From the IMG/VR virus record IMGVR_UViG_3300024259_001623: a stretch of DNA of 64,000 nucleotides; one strand, given 5' to 3'. This DNA is from a virus. Taxonomy: Duplodnaviria > Caudoviricetes. Both the position numbers and the translations under genes were made by a program. The notes beneath the pieces are model-generated. The model worked only from the letters and a program-made list of their open reading frames with translations. It did no database searches and was not told where the DNA came from. This document shows positions 29,164 through 39,410 of the stretch, in pieces. How positions within the stretch are numbered: the first letter of the stretch is position 1; each line of letters begins with the position of its first letter.

Positions 29164-29191
29164 ATTATACACGTTTTATGCACTTTTGCAA
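29164..29191 (-). promoter_or_regulatory. host sigma-70-type promoter TTGCAA-N16-TATAAT
   Basis: Upstream of the ligase gene. Confidence 0.55.
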
Positions 29192-29229
29192 TTTCTGGTA
29201 ACCAGTCAGGGAGATTTTAAATAATGGAT

Positions 29230-29739
29230 TTAATCTTCGTCCTTATCTTCACTTTCTTCTTCAATATCTTCATCTTCCGGATCACCAAAAGTGTCATAAT
29301 AATCATATCCATATTCTTCTTCATATTCTGCTATAGATTTACGATCATTCTCATTTCTTTCATCATACCATTCTTCTGGACTAAGCTCATCATTATCATC
29401 TTCAAAATCTCTGGCCAAATCTTTGATTTCTCCGAAATCCTGGTCATCAACACTTAATATACTGAGTCTTTCATCATCTTTCAAAAGGAAATTATTAGTT
29501 AATGTAACTATCATTCCTACCAATCTCTTAAAATTGGTTCTAGAAAAGTTATTTAAGGTAGATATGTACTCTGGTAAATCTATTGTTATGCTATAATCTC
29601 CACCATCTATATAATCAAAAGATGCTATAGAAGTCTCATCGCCAGAATCCCATACAAAAAATATCTGAGCCATCTTGTATGGATCATCTTCTTCTGACTT
29701 TAATATTAGATTATCAATTTTTATATTAAAAGAAATCAT
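29230..29739 (-). CDS. hypothetical acidic protein
   Basis: D/E-rich C-terminus. Confidence 0.7.
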   Translation of the reverse strand: MISFNIKIDNLILKSEEDDPYKMAQIFFVWDSGDETSIASFDYIDGGDYSITIDLPEYISTLNNFSRTNFKRLVGMIVTLTNNFLLKDDERLSILSVDDQDFGEIKDLARDFEDDNDELSPEEWYDERNENDRKSIAEYEEEYGYDYYDTFGDPEDEDIEEESEDKDED

Positions 29740-30131
29740 GATTTTTTATCTTCCACAAATTTTTCTATGTCTATTTTACTCATAGCTGACAACTCATAAA
29801 AAGGCAAAACTTTTACATTTTTATGAGTTTTACTTAAACATTCTTTAATCTTTTGTGCCCCTTGACGATTTAAAGAATGAACGATAACAAAACTATTTTT
29901 ATGAAGTCCATCTTTCTTCATAACTTTAGCCAAATCTATACCATCGCCCAACGGGCCTCTGGTATATGGGCCTCCTAAATCATGATCCAAAAAGATGATA
30001 TCAAGATTATCGTGTTTTCTTAAAATCCTTTCTCCCGCCACAGGATCATTAGCGGCTAACAACTGTGCTGTGCCGAACTTTCTACGTATTATTCTGATTC
30101 TACTATTGTCATCATCTAATATAAATACCAT
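29736..30131 (-). CDS. cyclic-phosphate processing receiver-domain protein
   Basis: VFILDDD, IIFLDHDLGG, GIDLAK, IVHSLN. Confidence 0.75.
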   Translation of the reverse strand: MVFILDDDNSRIRIIRRKFGTAQLLAANDPVAGERILRKHDNLDIIFLDHDLGGPYTRGPLGDGIDLAKVMKKDGLHKNSFVIVHSLNRQGAQKIKECLSKTHKNVKVLPFYELSAMSKIDIEKFVEDKKS

Positions 30132-31036
30132 TATATATCTCCTAATAAATCTATCATTAGTAAAGATTTATTTAATTGTTTTTCTTTTTCTTTATTACCA
30201 GAAAAATCGTCTTTGTAATCAGACCAATATACAGTACAAGGTGGACGAGTTTTACTCTTAACAATACCTGTAATAGGATAAATTACAACATTTTCAAAAT
30301 TATCATCGCTCTTGTAATCTTTAGGATCATATAAAAAATCATCTTTGAGATGCTTCGATATAATTAATTCAATTTTCTTGCTCTGTATTTTATCTATAGT
30401 AAAACCTCTATTGCTATACTTAGATATACGCTTAAACAACCTAGCTACTGAATGAACACGATTTATCACCAATTTCTTTTGAATAAGAGACTTAAAAAAT
30501 CCATTCAAAAAATAGAACTTATCTCTGCCGAGGAATATAGAACAATGGAAAAAATCAAAAGAATTAACCAATAATTGTAGATTACTGCAACCATTGATCA
30601 AATCTAGATTCCGCCCATTAACACGACCTCTTACATGTTCAACGCCAGGATCATAATGATCTTCTTTATCATTATCATAAAATGATAAGCCAGACATCGA
30701 TTGGATCTTATTATATTCTGTTTCACCTATTGCATATATATCTATATCTGTTCGCATAGGGTCTAACAAAAAACCATTTTTGCCTTTATTATGATAATTT
30801 TTGTATACAGAATTTGCTATATTACTTCCAGATAATACGAATTCACAATCTTTCAGAATCTTAAACAAAAAATCATATTCTTTTCTTGCTGCGTTGACAT
30901 AACTAATGATGTTTTTAAGTTCGCTAAAATATTTTGTATTTGCTGCATCTCTCATCCTCAGCTTCTTTATATAATCAGGGTCAATCGGTCCTCTCTCTAT
31001 AAGATTCTCTACACCTATGTAAGGATTATAGCTCAT
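30131..31036 (-). CDS. Pol-beta-superfamily nucleotidyltransferase-like protein
   Basis: LSGSNIA...RTDIDIY...LDLIN...VNSFDFFHC. Confidence 0.6.
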   Translation of the reverse strand: MSYNPYIGVENLIERGPIDPDYIKKLRMRDAANTKYFSELKNIISYVNAARKEYDFLFKILKDCEFVLSGSNIANSVYKNYHNKGKNGFLLDPMRTDIDIYAIGETEYNKIQSMSGLSFYDNDKEDHYDPGVEHVRGRVNGRNLDLINGCSNLQLLVNSFDFFHCSIFLGRDKFYFLNGFFKSLIQKKLVINRVHSVARLFKRISKYSNRGFTIDKIQSKKIELIISKHLKDDFLYDPKDYKSDDNFENVVIYPITGIVKSKTRPPCTVYWSDYKDDFSGNKEKEKQLNKSLLMIDLLGDI

Positions 31037-32100
31037 GAGGAAAATACCTTATTTTCTTGTTCGGTGACTCGTATAAAAGTACAACATCTAGAAAAACTCT
31101 TCAAACCCTTGGCTCCTACATAAGTACAAGCACTTCTTAATCCACCTAATATTTGGTTGACTTCATCTTGTACGGGGCCTTTATATTCTACGCTAACTTC
31201 TTTACCTTCCGAAGCTTTGTAATGAAGCATTCCACCGTTCCACATGTCCTGGGCTTCTCTGGAAGACATTCCATGAAACTTTAATGCTACTTTCTTCTCA
31301 CTTTCGTATTCGTATTCCCATTTTCCCTCACATTCGTCAGTTCCAGATAACATACCACCCAACATAACAAAATCAGAACCGCCACCAAAAGCTTTGCAAA
31401 CATCTGCTGGGATTCTACAACCTCCATCAGAACATACCAAACCATTACAACCATGAGCAGCATCAGCACATTCTATGACTGCTGATAATTGAGGGTATCC
31501 TACGCCTGTCTTAGTCCTTGTTTCACATACACTTCCAGAACCGATTCCTACTTTTACAATCTGCACTCCAAGAAGTATTAATTCTTCTACCATATTCGGT
31601 GTTACAACATTACCTGCCATAATAATCGAATTAGGATACTTATCCTTAATTCTTTTGATTCTTTCTAAAAACGATTCGGTGTAACCATTTGCAACATCTA
31701 TACACAGCATCTTGGGAAAAAATGATCCCGTATTCCCCATATTCTTCATAATATAATTTTTGACTTCCCACAACTTATCTTCTTCTTTGTCAGAAATACC
31801 TAATGTATAAAAAACATTATCCCACATATCAGCATTATATGTGAAGAAATGTACTAAATCTTCGACGCTATAATGCTTATGTAATGCTGTTAACATATCA
31901 TTTTCGAATAGAACTTTAGCCATAGCCATTGTACCAACACTATCCATATTGGCACTGATTACAGGTACATATTCCTTATCTATGCCAAGATTCTTAAATG
32001 TTCTTGCCAGCTTAACATCTTTTCTACTAGATAAAACACTACGTTTCGGTGTTATAAGAACGTCATCAAATCCGATCTTTAAACCGCTTTCTATTCTCAT
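31033..32100 (-). CDS. guaC: GMP reductase
   Basis: GFDDVLITPKRS, ANMDSVGT, CIDVANGY, KVGIGSGSVCETR, GVGYPQLSA, VCSDGGC, FHGMSS, GGLRSACTYVGA. Confidence 0.93.
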   Translation of the reverse strand: MRIESGLKIGFDDVLITPKRSVLSSRKDVKLARTFKNLGIDKEYVPVISANMDSVGTMAMAKVLFENDMLTALHKHYSVEDLVHFFTYNADMWDNVFYTLGISDKEEDKLWEVKNYIMKNMGNTGSFFPKMLCIDVANGYTESFLERIKRIKDKYPNSIIMAGNVVTPNMVEELILLGVQIVKVGIGSGSVCETRTKTGVGYPQLSAVIECADAAHGCNGLVCSDGGCRIPADVCKAFGGGSDFVMLGGMLSGTDECEGKWEYEYESEKKVALKFHGMSSREAQDMWNGGMLHYKASEGKEVSVEYKGPVQDEVNQILGGLRSACTYVGAKGLKSFSRCCTFIRVTEQENKVFSS

Positions 32101-32109
32101 ATTAACCTC

Positions 32110-32862
32110 TTAAAATATTTTCTTACTTTCGTATTTATCCAATCGCAATGTATCACCTATGGATTCATAGGTAGGAAGAATATCATGCCTTTCTTCAATA
32201 CCTCTCATAAATGGTTCTAATGCTTCACCACCAACTCTCTTAATCAGAAACGTTCCATTCTTCTCTTGATTAGTTAAATCGGTGGACCAGTTTTTACTTT
32301 TATCATGCAGCATTTCGTGCATATCTTGTCTATTTTTGTTCATAAGTTGCTTATGAGAAAAAATAGAACGGCAATACATCTGCAAACTATTCCTTTCCCA
32401 GTCGTTTGCTCTCCATAGCAAATTATTTACAACTTCTTCTCTAGGAACATTAAAAGCTCTAGAATCAAAAAGAGCCAACCTTCCATCATAGCCCATGCCT
32501 GCTGCTGCCCGCCAAAAAACATTAAAATAAGCAGTCATTAAAGCAGCAGAAACAGAAACCATCTTATTCAATTTATAACCTAACCATCCTTGAGTGTGGA
32601 CATCATCATAATCAGTTAAAACAAAAGTTGCTTCATCAGATTGAACATACCCCGCCTTAAAACCTTGCATTTCTTCTGCCACAGCCTTTGCAGCATTAAC
32701 CATACAATTTATAATACGATCATCGAAAGGTTTATTACATTTTTTGGTAAATGTGTGGAATGCCTTACCATCGACCCTAACTATAACAGGTGCACGTTTC
32801 ATCAATTGATAACGAGACACTTCCTCGTACCCTTTCATACGATTTCCTAATAATAATTTCAT
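32110..32862 (-). CDS. thg1: tRNA(His) guanylyltransferase / Thg1-like 3'-5' polymerase
   Basis: IVRVDGKAFHTFT, YVQSDEATFVL, FDSRAF, WRANDWERNS. Confidence 0.92.
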   Translation of the reverse strand: MKLLLGNRMKGYEEVSRYQLMKRAPVIVRVDGKAFHTFTKKCNKPFDDRIINCMVNAAKAVAEEMQGFKAGYVQSDEATFVLTDYDDVHTQGWLGYKLNKMVSVSAALMTAYFNVFWRAAAGMGYDGRLALFDSRAFNVPREEVVNNLLWRANDWERNSLQMYCRSIFSHKQLMNKNRQDMHEMLHDKSKNWSTDLTNQEKNGTFLIKRVGGEALEPFMRGIEERHDILPTYESIGDTLRLDKYESKKIF

Positions 32863-33059
32863 ATTTTTCTCCTTCTATTTCACATTATGACTTCCCCAAT
32901 TATAATGTATATTACTATGGCATGGACGACATAATGTTTTTCCGTTTTTTCGGCAAAACTATCTTTTAATAATATTTTTTAATAATATTTTTTAAAATAA
33001 ATCGTTATCATTTACAAATAAAAATACCTTTCATGCGATCACCTAAACTGTCTTTAGAA

Positions 33060-33287
33060 TTACTCATCGCCTACTTCTCTCTCAAAAATTGCAATTAATT
33101 TCTTTTCATGTTCTGGAGAACTTCCAGTATCAATAAGAATGACATGAACATCATCTAAGGTAAAACAAGACGAATTCATGCCTCGTAAAACCTTTCTCAT
33201 ACTCTTGCATTTCTCTTGCCTAAATATCAAATCAGTTCCATATACATCAGAAACTCTATTTACATCAGAATATACTTTATTATCCAT
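33060..33287 (-). CDS. hypothetical protein
   Basis: AAGGAG RBS, 75 aa. Confidence 0.6.
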   Translation of the reverse strand: MDNKVYSDVNRVSDVYGTDLIFRQEKCKSMRKVLRGMNSSCFTLDDVHVILIDTGSSPEHEKKLIAIFEREVGDE

Positions 33288-33297
33288 ATTTTCTCCT

Positions 33298-33765
33298 TTA
33301 TGGGGCCAACATCATAATTTCCATAACGCAAGCAGAAACATCTTTACCGTTTATGGTTGTCCCATTAGCTTTGAACAACTTCATAGCTGCTCCAATTGAC
33401 TTACCAGCATGATTGCTAGATAGTATATTATTATACAATTCTTCATCACTTTTTATCATTTCCATGACCTCTTCCTTATTTAGAGATTTTGGAATTAGTG
33501 TTTCCATCAATGTATTTTCATCTACCAGCACTTGATATCTAGCATCTGTTGTTTTCATCACTGCCAAAGTTTCTTTATTGCTTTCTACCAACTTAGAAAC
33601 GATTTTTTGTGATTCTTGTTCAGTTATAGAACCTTTTCTGGATTCCGCAAGTTCTATTTCCCCTAAAATAACTTTCAAAATACTATTAGTGAAAGTATCT
33701 TTTGCCAACGTCGCTTTCCTAATCTGAACTTTTAGTTCATCTTTTAAACTCATCATTTTCTCCAT
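33298..33765 (-). CDS. GatB/YqeY-domain protein
   Basis: MSLKDELKVQIRKA...ILKVILGEI...E...L..LIPKSL..EE...IGAAMK...NGKDVS. Confidence 0.75.
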   Translation of the reverse strand: MEKMMSLKDELKVQIRKATLAKDTFTNSILKVILGEIELAESRKGSITEQESQKIVSKLVESNKETLAVMKTTDARYQVLVDENTLMETLIPKSLNKEEVMEMIKSDEELYNNILSSNHAGKSIGAAMKLFKANGTTINGKDVSACVMEIMMLAP

Positions 33766-33769
33766 TTAT

Positions 33770-34168
33770 TTAATTTACATATACTTGCATAAATACAGCA
33801 TCATAGACTTTTCCAGCCGCAACGAAGTCTTTTTCACTGACCGTAACAGGGATAATTTTTAAATAAGCGCCTCTATTAAAAGGAACTCTTTTTTGACGAG
33901 CTAAATATTCTTTAGCTTTTGGTTTGTTTGTAAAAACATGTATACCTCTATCTATTTGATCGAAAGCTTCTTCAACAGAATTCATTTCTAGATAACATCT
34001 ATTAGATTTCGCCACACAACCTTTTTTGTAATCTTGGTCATATAGAATACTATGATCACTATTTACAAATCCCATTCTGACGACTTTCCACATAATAGAT
34101 TTGCCACCATGTTCTTTTAATGTTCTTCTAACTCTCTTAGTTCTTTTTTCATCAATATCGAGACACAT
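33770..34168 (-). CDS. hypothetical protein (paralog of 34168..34626)
   Basis: Shared KRTxRVRRT.K..GG..IMWKV...SNR...RGIHV.TNK.KA...DFVAAG..YDAVF. Confidence 0.7.
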   Translation of the reverse strand: MCLDIDEKRTKRVRRTLKEHGGKSIMWKVVRMGFVNSDHSILYDQDYKKGCVAKSNRCYLEMNSVEEAFDQIDRGIHVFTNKPKAKEYLARQKRVPFNRGAYLKIIPVTVSEKDFVAAGKVYDAVFMQVYVN

Positions 34169-34626
34169 TATTCTTCCTCCATCGCCTCATCATAATCTAC
34201 TGGATCAAGAAATACTTTATCGAAAACAGCATCATAATCATCTCCTGCCGCAACAAAATCTGTTGAATAAACTATAACAGGAACAACCAGCCACCATTTA
34301 TAAAAACATGCATCTAAAGCTTTTGTCTTATTTGTATATACATGTATACCTCTATATACATCATCACCAGATTGATGTTCTGTATAACCATATCTGTTAG
34401 ATTTATTCCACCCAAAAGTATAAACACTGTCACGATAAGGAGACATTAAAGATTTTTCAAGTTTCCCGCTAACAGGATTGACATGACTAAGCTTTAAAAC
34501 TTTCCACATAATAGTTCTTCCACCATTATCTTTGAATGTTCTTCTAACTCGTCTGGTTCGCTTTTTATCAACATAGCAACACATTACAAATATCTCCTTA
34601 ATTTTTTCCTGTACACGGCCACACAA
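34168..34626 (-). CDS. hypothetical protein (paralog of 33770..34168)
   Basis: Same shared motifs; real start likely MCCYVD. Confidence 0.7.
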   Translation of the reverse strand: MCGRVQEKIKEIFVMCCYVDKKRTRRVRRTFKDNGGRTIMWKVLKLSHVNPVSGKLEKSLMSPYRDSVYTFGWNKSNRYGYTEHQSGDDVYRGIHVYTNKTKALDACFYKWWLVVPVIVYSTDFVAAGDDYDAVFDKVFLDPVDYDEAMEEE

Positions 34627-34654
34627 TTATACAATTAACTTCATATTTTTGCAA
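34626..34654 (-). promoter_or_regulatory. host sigma-70-type promoter TTGCAA-N17-TATAAT
   Basis: Upstream of the paralog pair. Confidence 0.6.
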
Positions 34655-34662
34655 TTACCAAA

Positions 34663-35520
34663 TTAAATTTTGTCGTAATTGGTGATAACTATTTCTCTTC
34701 CGATTTTTTTCTTCTTATTAGATGTGCCGCAATAAATCCATTCTTCTTCATAGATATTGAAACCATCATATAAGTCCCTGATGAAATTTTCATCGTCATC
34801 ATCATAACTCATGAGGATTTTATGTTTACAATTTTTGATATCTTTAGCTAATTTGATATGTTGAGCTATAGTAAAATTATTCTTATATAGCTTAGAAGAT
34901 TTAGACAATTTACTATTTACATAGTACGGTGGGTCAAGATAAATCCAAACATCATCTCCATCCTCTGACAAAACTTCTTCATAACCTTGAGAAGTTATTT
35001 TTGTATCTTTAATAGCGTCAGCAGCGCGATCTAAAGTATTCTTATCAATTATATTCCATCCATTAGGATTAGAATAATATAATCTCGAAGGCATGTCGTA
35101 ATTAACTCTACCTTCCCAAACTGTTCTATTGATAAAGAAATATTTCAACGCTTTATCTGAATCAGGATTGGCGATCAACTCATCAAAAACTTCTTTTAAT
35201 CTGGCATTATAAATCTTTTTACCGCCAGGCTTTGCAGAAGTCAGAGGTTCTCCGTCCTTCGCTGTCTCTATTGCTCTACATTTTGCTATGAACTCTTTTG
35301 GACGATCACGCAGGGCCATATAAACGGCAATAAGATCATCATCGATATCATTAATCCATCTTTTGATACCTGGGTCTATTGTCCAGAAAATACCGCCACC
35401 ACCTACAAATGGTGATCTAAATTCAGAATAGAACATCGGGGCATAAGATAATATCTTTTCTCTTACACTGATTTTAGATTTACCGCCTGGATAACGAAAC
35501 AACGAAATATACTTACTCAT
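34663..35520 (-). CDS. Dam/D12-class N6-adenine DNA methyltransferase
   Basis: FRYPGGKS, SPFVGGGGIF, INDID, YLDPPY. Confidence 0.9.
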   Translation of the reverse strand: MSKYISLFRYPGGKSKISVREKILSYAPMFYSEFRSPFVGGGGIFWTIDPGIKRWINDIDDDLIAVYMALRDRPKEFIAKCRAIETAKDGEPLTSAKPGGKKIYNARLKEVFDELIANPDSDKALKYFFINRTVWEGRVNYDMPSRLYYSNPNGWNIIDKNTLDRAADAIKDTKITSQGYEEVLSEDGDDVWIYLDPPYYVNSKLSKSSKLYKNNFTIAQHIKLAKDIKNCKHKILMSYDDDDENFIRDLYDGFNIYEEEWIYCGTSNKKKKIGREIVITNYDKI

Positions 35521-35531
35521 ATAATCAAACC

Positions 35532-36479
35532 TTAATAATCAGTGGTAACAGTCAAATGGAAATTATCAGAACATTCTTTTCTTGATTGCCATAGATAATT
35601 ATCTACTATCATTGCGTTAGTTCCAGACATATTAGCGATTTTATCACAAGCAATTATAGTAGCTGCCCTTATCTCAATTTCTTCAAGAGAATTTTTTGCT
35701 AAATGTTCAGAATTTCCTATTTTATTAGTCAAAATGGCGTCATATTTTAAACAGCCTTTATAGCGTAAAATCTTCGGAATCTGATAATCGGCCGGCACTG
35801 TCAGTTTTTCTATCTCTGAAACAGGGAAAATCCCTAATTCTCGCTGAATTTGCATAATAAATAATTGTGCCCTTTTCAAAAACATATCAGAAGCAAAACC
35901 AGGAAAAGTCTCGCACAAATACGATACAGTTTGCTCAACGTTTTTGCATTGCAGTATAGAATCGATTATATTACTCATAATATATTTATGATTTAACAAC
36001 TCATATAAATGTTTATATCTCTCTTCTAACATTGGAAAACGATGTAAAACCAGTAGTTGATAAAAATTACGTATTAGTGGTTCATTAAAAACAACCTCGC
36101 CAGGTGCCCCAGGAGGCCCTGTAAACATGATTGGCGACGAGCTATCTACATATATTCTTATATCATAAACAGATTGTAATACGGCTGCACGTAATAAATC
36201 ATACATTTTAGTAGAACTAGAACCTAAAGGTCTAACCTTAGAAGAACCGTACCAATAACAATAATTAATAGAACTAGCAATAATTTCGCAAAGAATAATA
36301 TATTTTGCTTGAATCTTCTTACCATCAAATTCCCAATTGCTAAATGACCAATCAGTTAAAACATCTTTTTCTTTTTGCGCGAAGACAAGAGCTAATTCTT
36401 CTATTTGTTCTTCACAAAGAAACACATGCTTAGGATGAGCCATTATCTCTTGAGAGATATCTAAAACACTTTCAATCAT
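35532..36479 (-). CDS. queuosine-salvage family hydrolase (DUF2419/QNG1-like)
   Basis: SSINYCYW, FPGFASDMFLKRAQLF, LTVPADYQIPKILRY, EIEIRAATI, VDNYLW. Confidence 0.82.
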   Translation of the reverse strand: MIESVLDISQEIMAHPKHVFLCEEQIEELALVFAQKEKDVLTDWSFSNWEFDGKKIQAKYIILCEIIASSINYCYWYGSSKVRPLGSSSTKMYDLLRAAVLQSVYDIRIYVDSSSPIMFTGPPGAPGEVVFNEPLIRNFYQLLVLHRFPMLEERYKHLYELLNHKYIMSNIIDSILQCKNVEQTVSYLCETFPGFASDMFLKRAQLFIMQIQRELGIFPVSEIEKLTVPADYQIPKILRYKGCLKYDAILTNKIGNSEHLAKNSLEEIEIRAATIIACDKIANMSGTNAMIVDNYLWQSRKECSDNFHLTVTTDY

Positions 36480-37065
36480 CTTTATTCTTCCTTTTAAATA
36501 TATGAATTTGGGTTTTTACTATTTTTTGAACATCGTCATTCCATTTGCGATACTGTATCATGCCATAATTAACCAAAGTTTTTATCTCTGAATTGTTCAG
36601 TCTAACAGAAATGTCATTAGGAGAAAATGATTTATATATTCTAAAATCAAAATTCTTACAAATATGATCTATCGTTTTGGTGGTAATAATATAATATCCA
36701 TTCTCTCTAATAATTAAGATATTAGACTTTTCTTTTTTATAACGTAGAAGATTACTTTTCTTAAATGTCATACATTTGAATTGCTCAGAATGTACTTTGA
36801 TCTCAAATAAGATATTCTTCCCATCGATAATAAATAGATAATCTGGTTTTGCATTGACTTTTCTAGATTTTATTATCAGACTTCCATCATTATCCATCCC
36901 ATAATCTTTTATATCTACTTCATGACCTTTACTTTGTAAATCTTTTTGTATCAATTCTGCTGCAATTCTTTCATGTTCCGTGTATTTAGAGATATCATCT
37001 TTGAAGTCTTTAATACTTCTATCATCTCTACGATGCTTCAAACTTTTTACATCTCTGTTTTCCAT
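36472..37065 (-). CDS. putative PD-(D/E)xK nuclease
   Basis: E...AE...KPDYLF...FEIK pattern. Confidence 0.5.
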   Translation of the reverse strand: MENRDVKSLKHRRDDRSIKDFKDDISKYTEHERIAAELIQKDLQSKGHEVDIKDYGMDNDGSLIIKSRKVNAKPDYLFIIDGKNILFEIKVHSEQFKCMTFKKSNLLRYKKEKSNILIIRENGYYIITTKTIDHICKNFDFRIYKSFSPNDISVRLNNSEIKTLVNYGMIQYRKWNDDVQKIVKTQIHIFKRKNKDD

Positions 37066-37067
37066 CT

Positions 37068-37382
37068 CTACTTCTTATCTTTAGCGTCTTCGATTTTTTT
37101 GATAACGTCAAGATTATCAACAACTTCAATCTTTTTAGCTGCTTTCTTAGCCTTCTTAGCTTTCTTCGCTTTCTTCGCTGTTTTTACTTCTTGGTATTCT
37201 TTGACTTCTGGGGTATCTAGATCAATATTTACTTTAACAGTAAATTTTGCTTGTATCTTATTTCTCATCAGTACCTCTTTGATCATTAGATGGACTTTCT
37301 CCATCTCATTAGAATCATGTATCTCTTGATGGACATCTCTCATCGCGTCATTATCACATTCTATTTTAATCTCATCAGGCAT
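37068..37382 (-). CDS. hypothetical protein with AKK low-complexity tract
   Basis: TAKKAKKAKKAKKAAKK. Confidence 0.65.
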   Translation of the reverse strand: MPDEIKIECDNDAMRDVHQEIHDSNEMEKVHLMIKEVLMRNKIQAKFTVKVNIDLDTPEVKEYQEVKTAKKAKKAKKAKKAAKKIEVVDNLDVIKKIEDAKDKK

Positions 37383-37962
37383 TGCGAAGTACTCCTTTTA
37401 TTTGTTTTTCTAGTTTAATGTTCGATCTGCCAGCACATATTTCTCTGACTTCTGGCTTTTCTTGAAACAAAGCCTCATCATATCGAAAACGTTTTATTTC
37501 TATACATATTCCCATCAAAAGCTCTTTATAAGCCGCTATGTAGTCCTTATCTTCTGACATCTTTGCTGTCAAAGGACCATAAACAATTTTTTTAGATCCA
37601 ACTTGTACAATTCCCCTCAAACAATCTACGCAAGGAAAACCAGTTACATAAAAAACAGAATTGTTTAATGCAGTTCCATTTCTGGCTGCATTATAAATAG
37701 CATTTCTTTCTGAATGTTCAAAAAATAAATACTTCTCTGGCCGAGTCTGAGGAACATTATCATCTATAGACCCTTTCATCGGGCTATTATATCCTGTTGT
37801 AAGTATTCCACCTTCTTGATCAGTAACAACGCATCCACATTTACTACTTTTATCTAAAGATTTAGTGCTTACTTCAAAACATAATTTCATAGCATATAAA
37901 TCTTTAGTGGGTCGCCCAAGACGGTCATACCCAAACCCGAATCTACCTCTAATATCTTCCAT
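37375..37962 (-). CDS. dCMP deaminase-family protein
   Basis: KCGCVV...TGYN...HSERNAI...PCVDC. Confidence 0.88.
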   Translation of the reverse strand: MEDIRGRFGFGYDRLGRPTKDLYAMKLCFEVSTKSLDKSSKCGCVVTDQEGGILTTGYNSPMKGSIDDNVPQTRPEKYLFFEHSERNAIYNAARNGTALNNSVFYVTGFPCVDCLRGIVQVGSKKIVYGPLTAKMSEDKDYIAAYKELLMGICIEIKRFRYDEALFQEKPEVREICAGRSNIKLEKQIKGVLRNA

Positions 37963-37967
37963 ACTAT

Positions 37968-38495
37968 TTATCCTTTTATATTTTTAATAACTAAATTATA
38001 GATATCTGCTTTATTAAAAGCTGGGATACAATGCAATTCATCTAACTGATCTTGCAAAAAAGTCTTCATGTCGTTGTCAACCTGCAAAGCTTCTTCATAC
38101 GTTTGAAATCTTCCAGTAGTGTCATATTCTTGATCTTCTCTATCCAAAAATATATTTAAAGACTCATGATCACTTTCAAATTTATTTGATATGCTTATCA
38201 GTTCATCGTATATAGGAACTTTGTATAAAATTGAATAAAAACAACCCACCAACAAAGGAGAATCAGTTACAAGATGTTTATATCCTGCTCTAATAACTAA
38301 ATCTTCTCTATGTAATTGATTAGCCAAAATCAACATTTGTTCGAAACCTACTGGCAGTCTTTTGGTATACGTCCACTGTTTTACATATTCAGTTACCAAT
38401 TCTATGTCATAGTCCTGCATTTTCAATTGCGAAAATAACCATGCAGCAGTTGTACTCTTCCCGGCACCTGGACCAGCATATAAACAGATTCTCAC
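37968..38495 (-). CDS. NadR/Ttd14-like P-loop kinase/ATPase (AAA_28-like)
   Basis: ICLYAGPGAGKSTTA, ELVTEYVK, VTDSPLL, GRFQ. Confidence 0.75.
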   Translation of the reverse strand: MRICLYAGPGAGKSTTAAWLFSQLKMQDYDIELVTEYVKQWTYTKRLPVGFEQMLILANQLHREDLVIRAGYKHLVTDSPLLVGCFYSILYKVPIYDELISISNKFESDHESLNIFLDREDQEYDTTGRFQTYEEALQVDNDMKTFLQDQLDELHCIPAFNKADIYNLVIKNIKG

Positions 38496-38498
38496 AGT

Positions 38499-39410
38499 TT
38501 AGACTCCTATCATAGATTGCTTGCGAGTCAATTCTCGCTTCTTATACTCTTCTATATCATAAAGCTCGTTACTTGGTAGTTTATCTACTAAAATACCACT
38601 ATGGGTGGTTACTAAAAATTGTTTATCGCTAAACACTTCTTTGATCTTATTAATCATGTTTAGATGTCTTTTGAAATATACATGCATTTCTATATTATCT
38701 ATCAATATAATATCAGAATTTGCCATCTGTTCTGGATTACATAAGTTTCTTAACAAAGTAGCTATTTTCTTTTCGCCAGCGCTCATCCTTTTGAAGTGAA
38801 CTTTAACATCACTATATTCTTTGTATAAAACAAAATTAGTGTAAAACAGTTCATCAGTTACATAATCTTCTGATTTTGTGCTATCGACCATTTCCCCTAA
38901 AGCGTTTACTTCATCTCTCAATTCACATTTATAACCCAAAATAACTTCGGCCATATCTAAAAACTTATCTTTCATCCCACATTGTAATTGAAAACTATTT
39001 ACGCTAATAGGTTTATCTACATCTATATAGTAAATAGAACCCCAAGGATTATCAGACAACTCATTAATTATTACACCGTCTTTAGAGGACAAAACAACTT
39101 TCTTTTCCTCTCCATCCTCATCAAATACTCCATGAAGAAAAAGAATCTCTTTGGGTTTATCAAATGCAGCGTAGGCGGGGTTATAATCTCTGTTAAAGAT
39201 TAATTTTCTAAACATGGTTTCGGTGTTAAATTTGTTGATTCTTTTAGCCATAGACAGAAAGTTTATGGCTGACAGGACTGTACTTTTACCGATGCCGTTT
39301 GGCCCATAAAAAGCACAGAAATTTTTGATACTTCCATTTTGAGTAAAATCAAAGGCCATATCCTCATAGCCACAATAATTTTCCATTCTTATTCGTTTTA
39401 TTTTAACCAT
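38499..39410 (-). CDS. compact ABC-type (AAA_21/SMC-like) ATPase
   Basis: IRMENYCGY, YGPNGIGKST (Walker A), MSAGEKK (signature), ILIDNIEMH (Walker B/D-loop), VTTHS (H-loop); no coiled coil. Confidence 0.85.
   Translation of the reverse strand: MVKIKRIRMENYCGYEDMAFDFTQNGSIKNFCAFYGPNGIGKSTVLSAINFLSMAKRINKFNTETMFRKLIFNRDYNPAYAAFDKPKEILFLHGVFDEDGEEKKVVLSSKDGVIINELSDNPWGSIYYIDVDKPISVNSFQLQCGMKDKFLDMAEVILGYKCELRDEVNALGEMVDSTKSEDYVTDELFYTNFVLYKEYSDVKVHFKRMSAGEKKIATLLRNLCNPEQMANSDIILIDNIEMHVYFKRHLNMINKIKEVFSDKQFLVTTHSGILVDKLPSNELYDIEEYKKRELTRKQSMIGV

Noticed and set aside
32960-33000. Short AT-rich duplication (TAATAATATTTTT x2) in a ~200-bp intergenic gap as a replication origin
   Set aside because: Low-complexity sequence in an AT-rich genome, with no iteron array or DnaA boxes.
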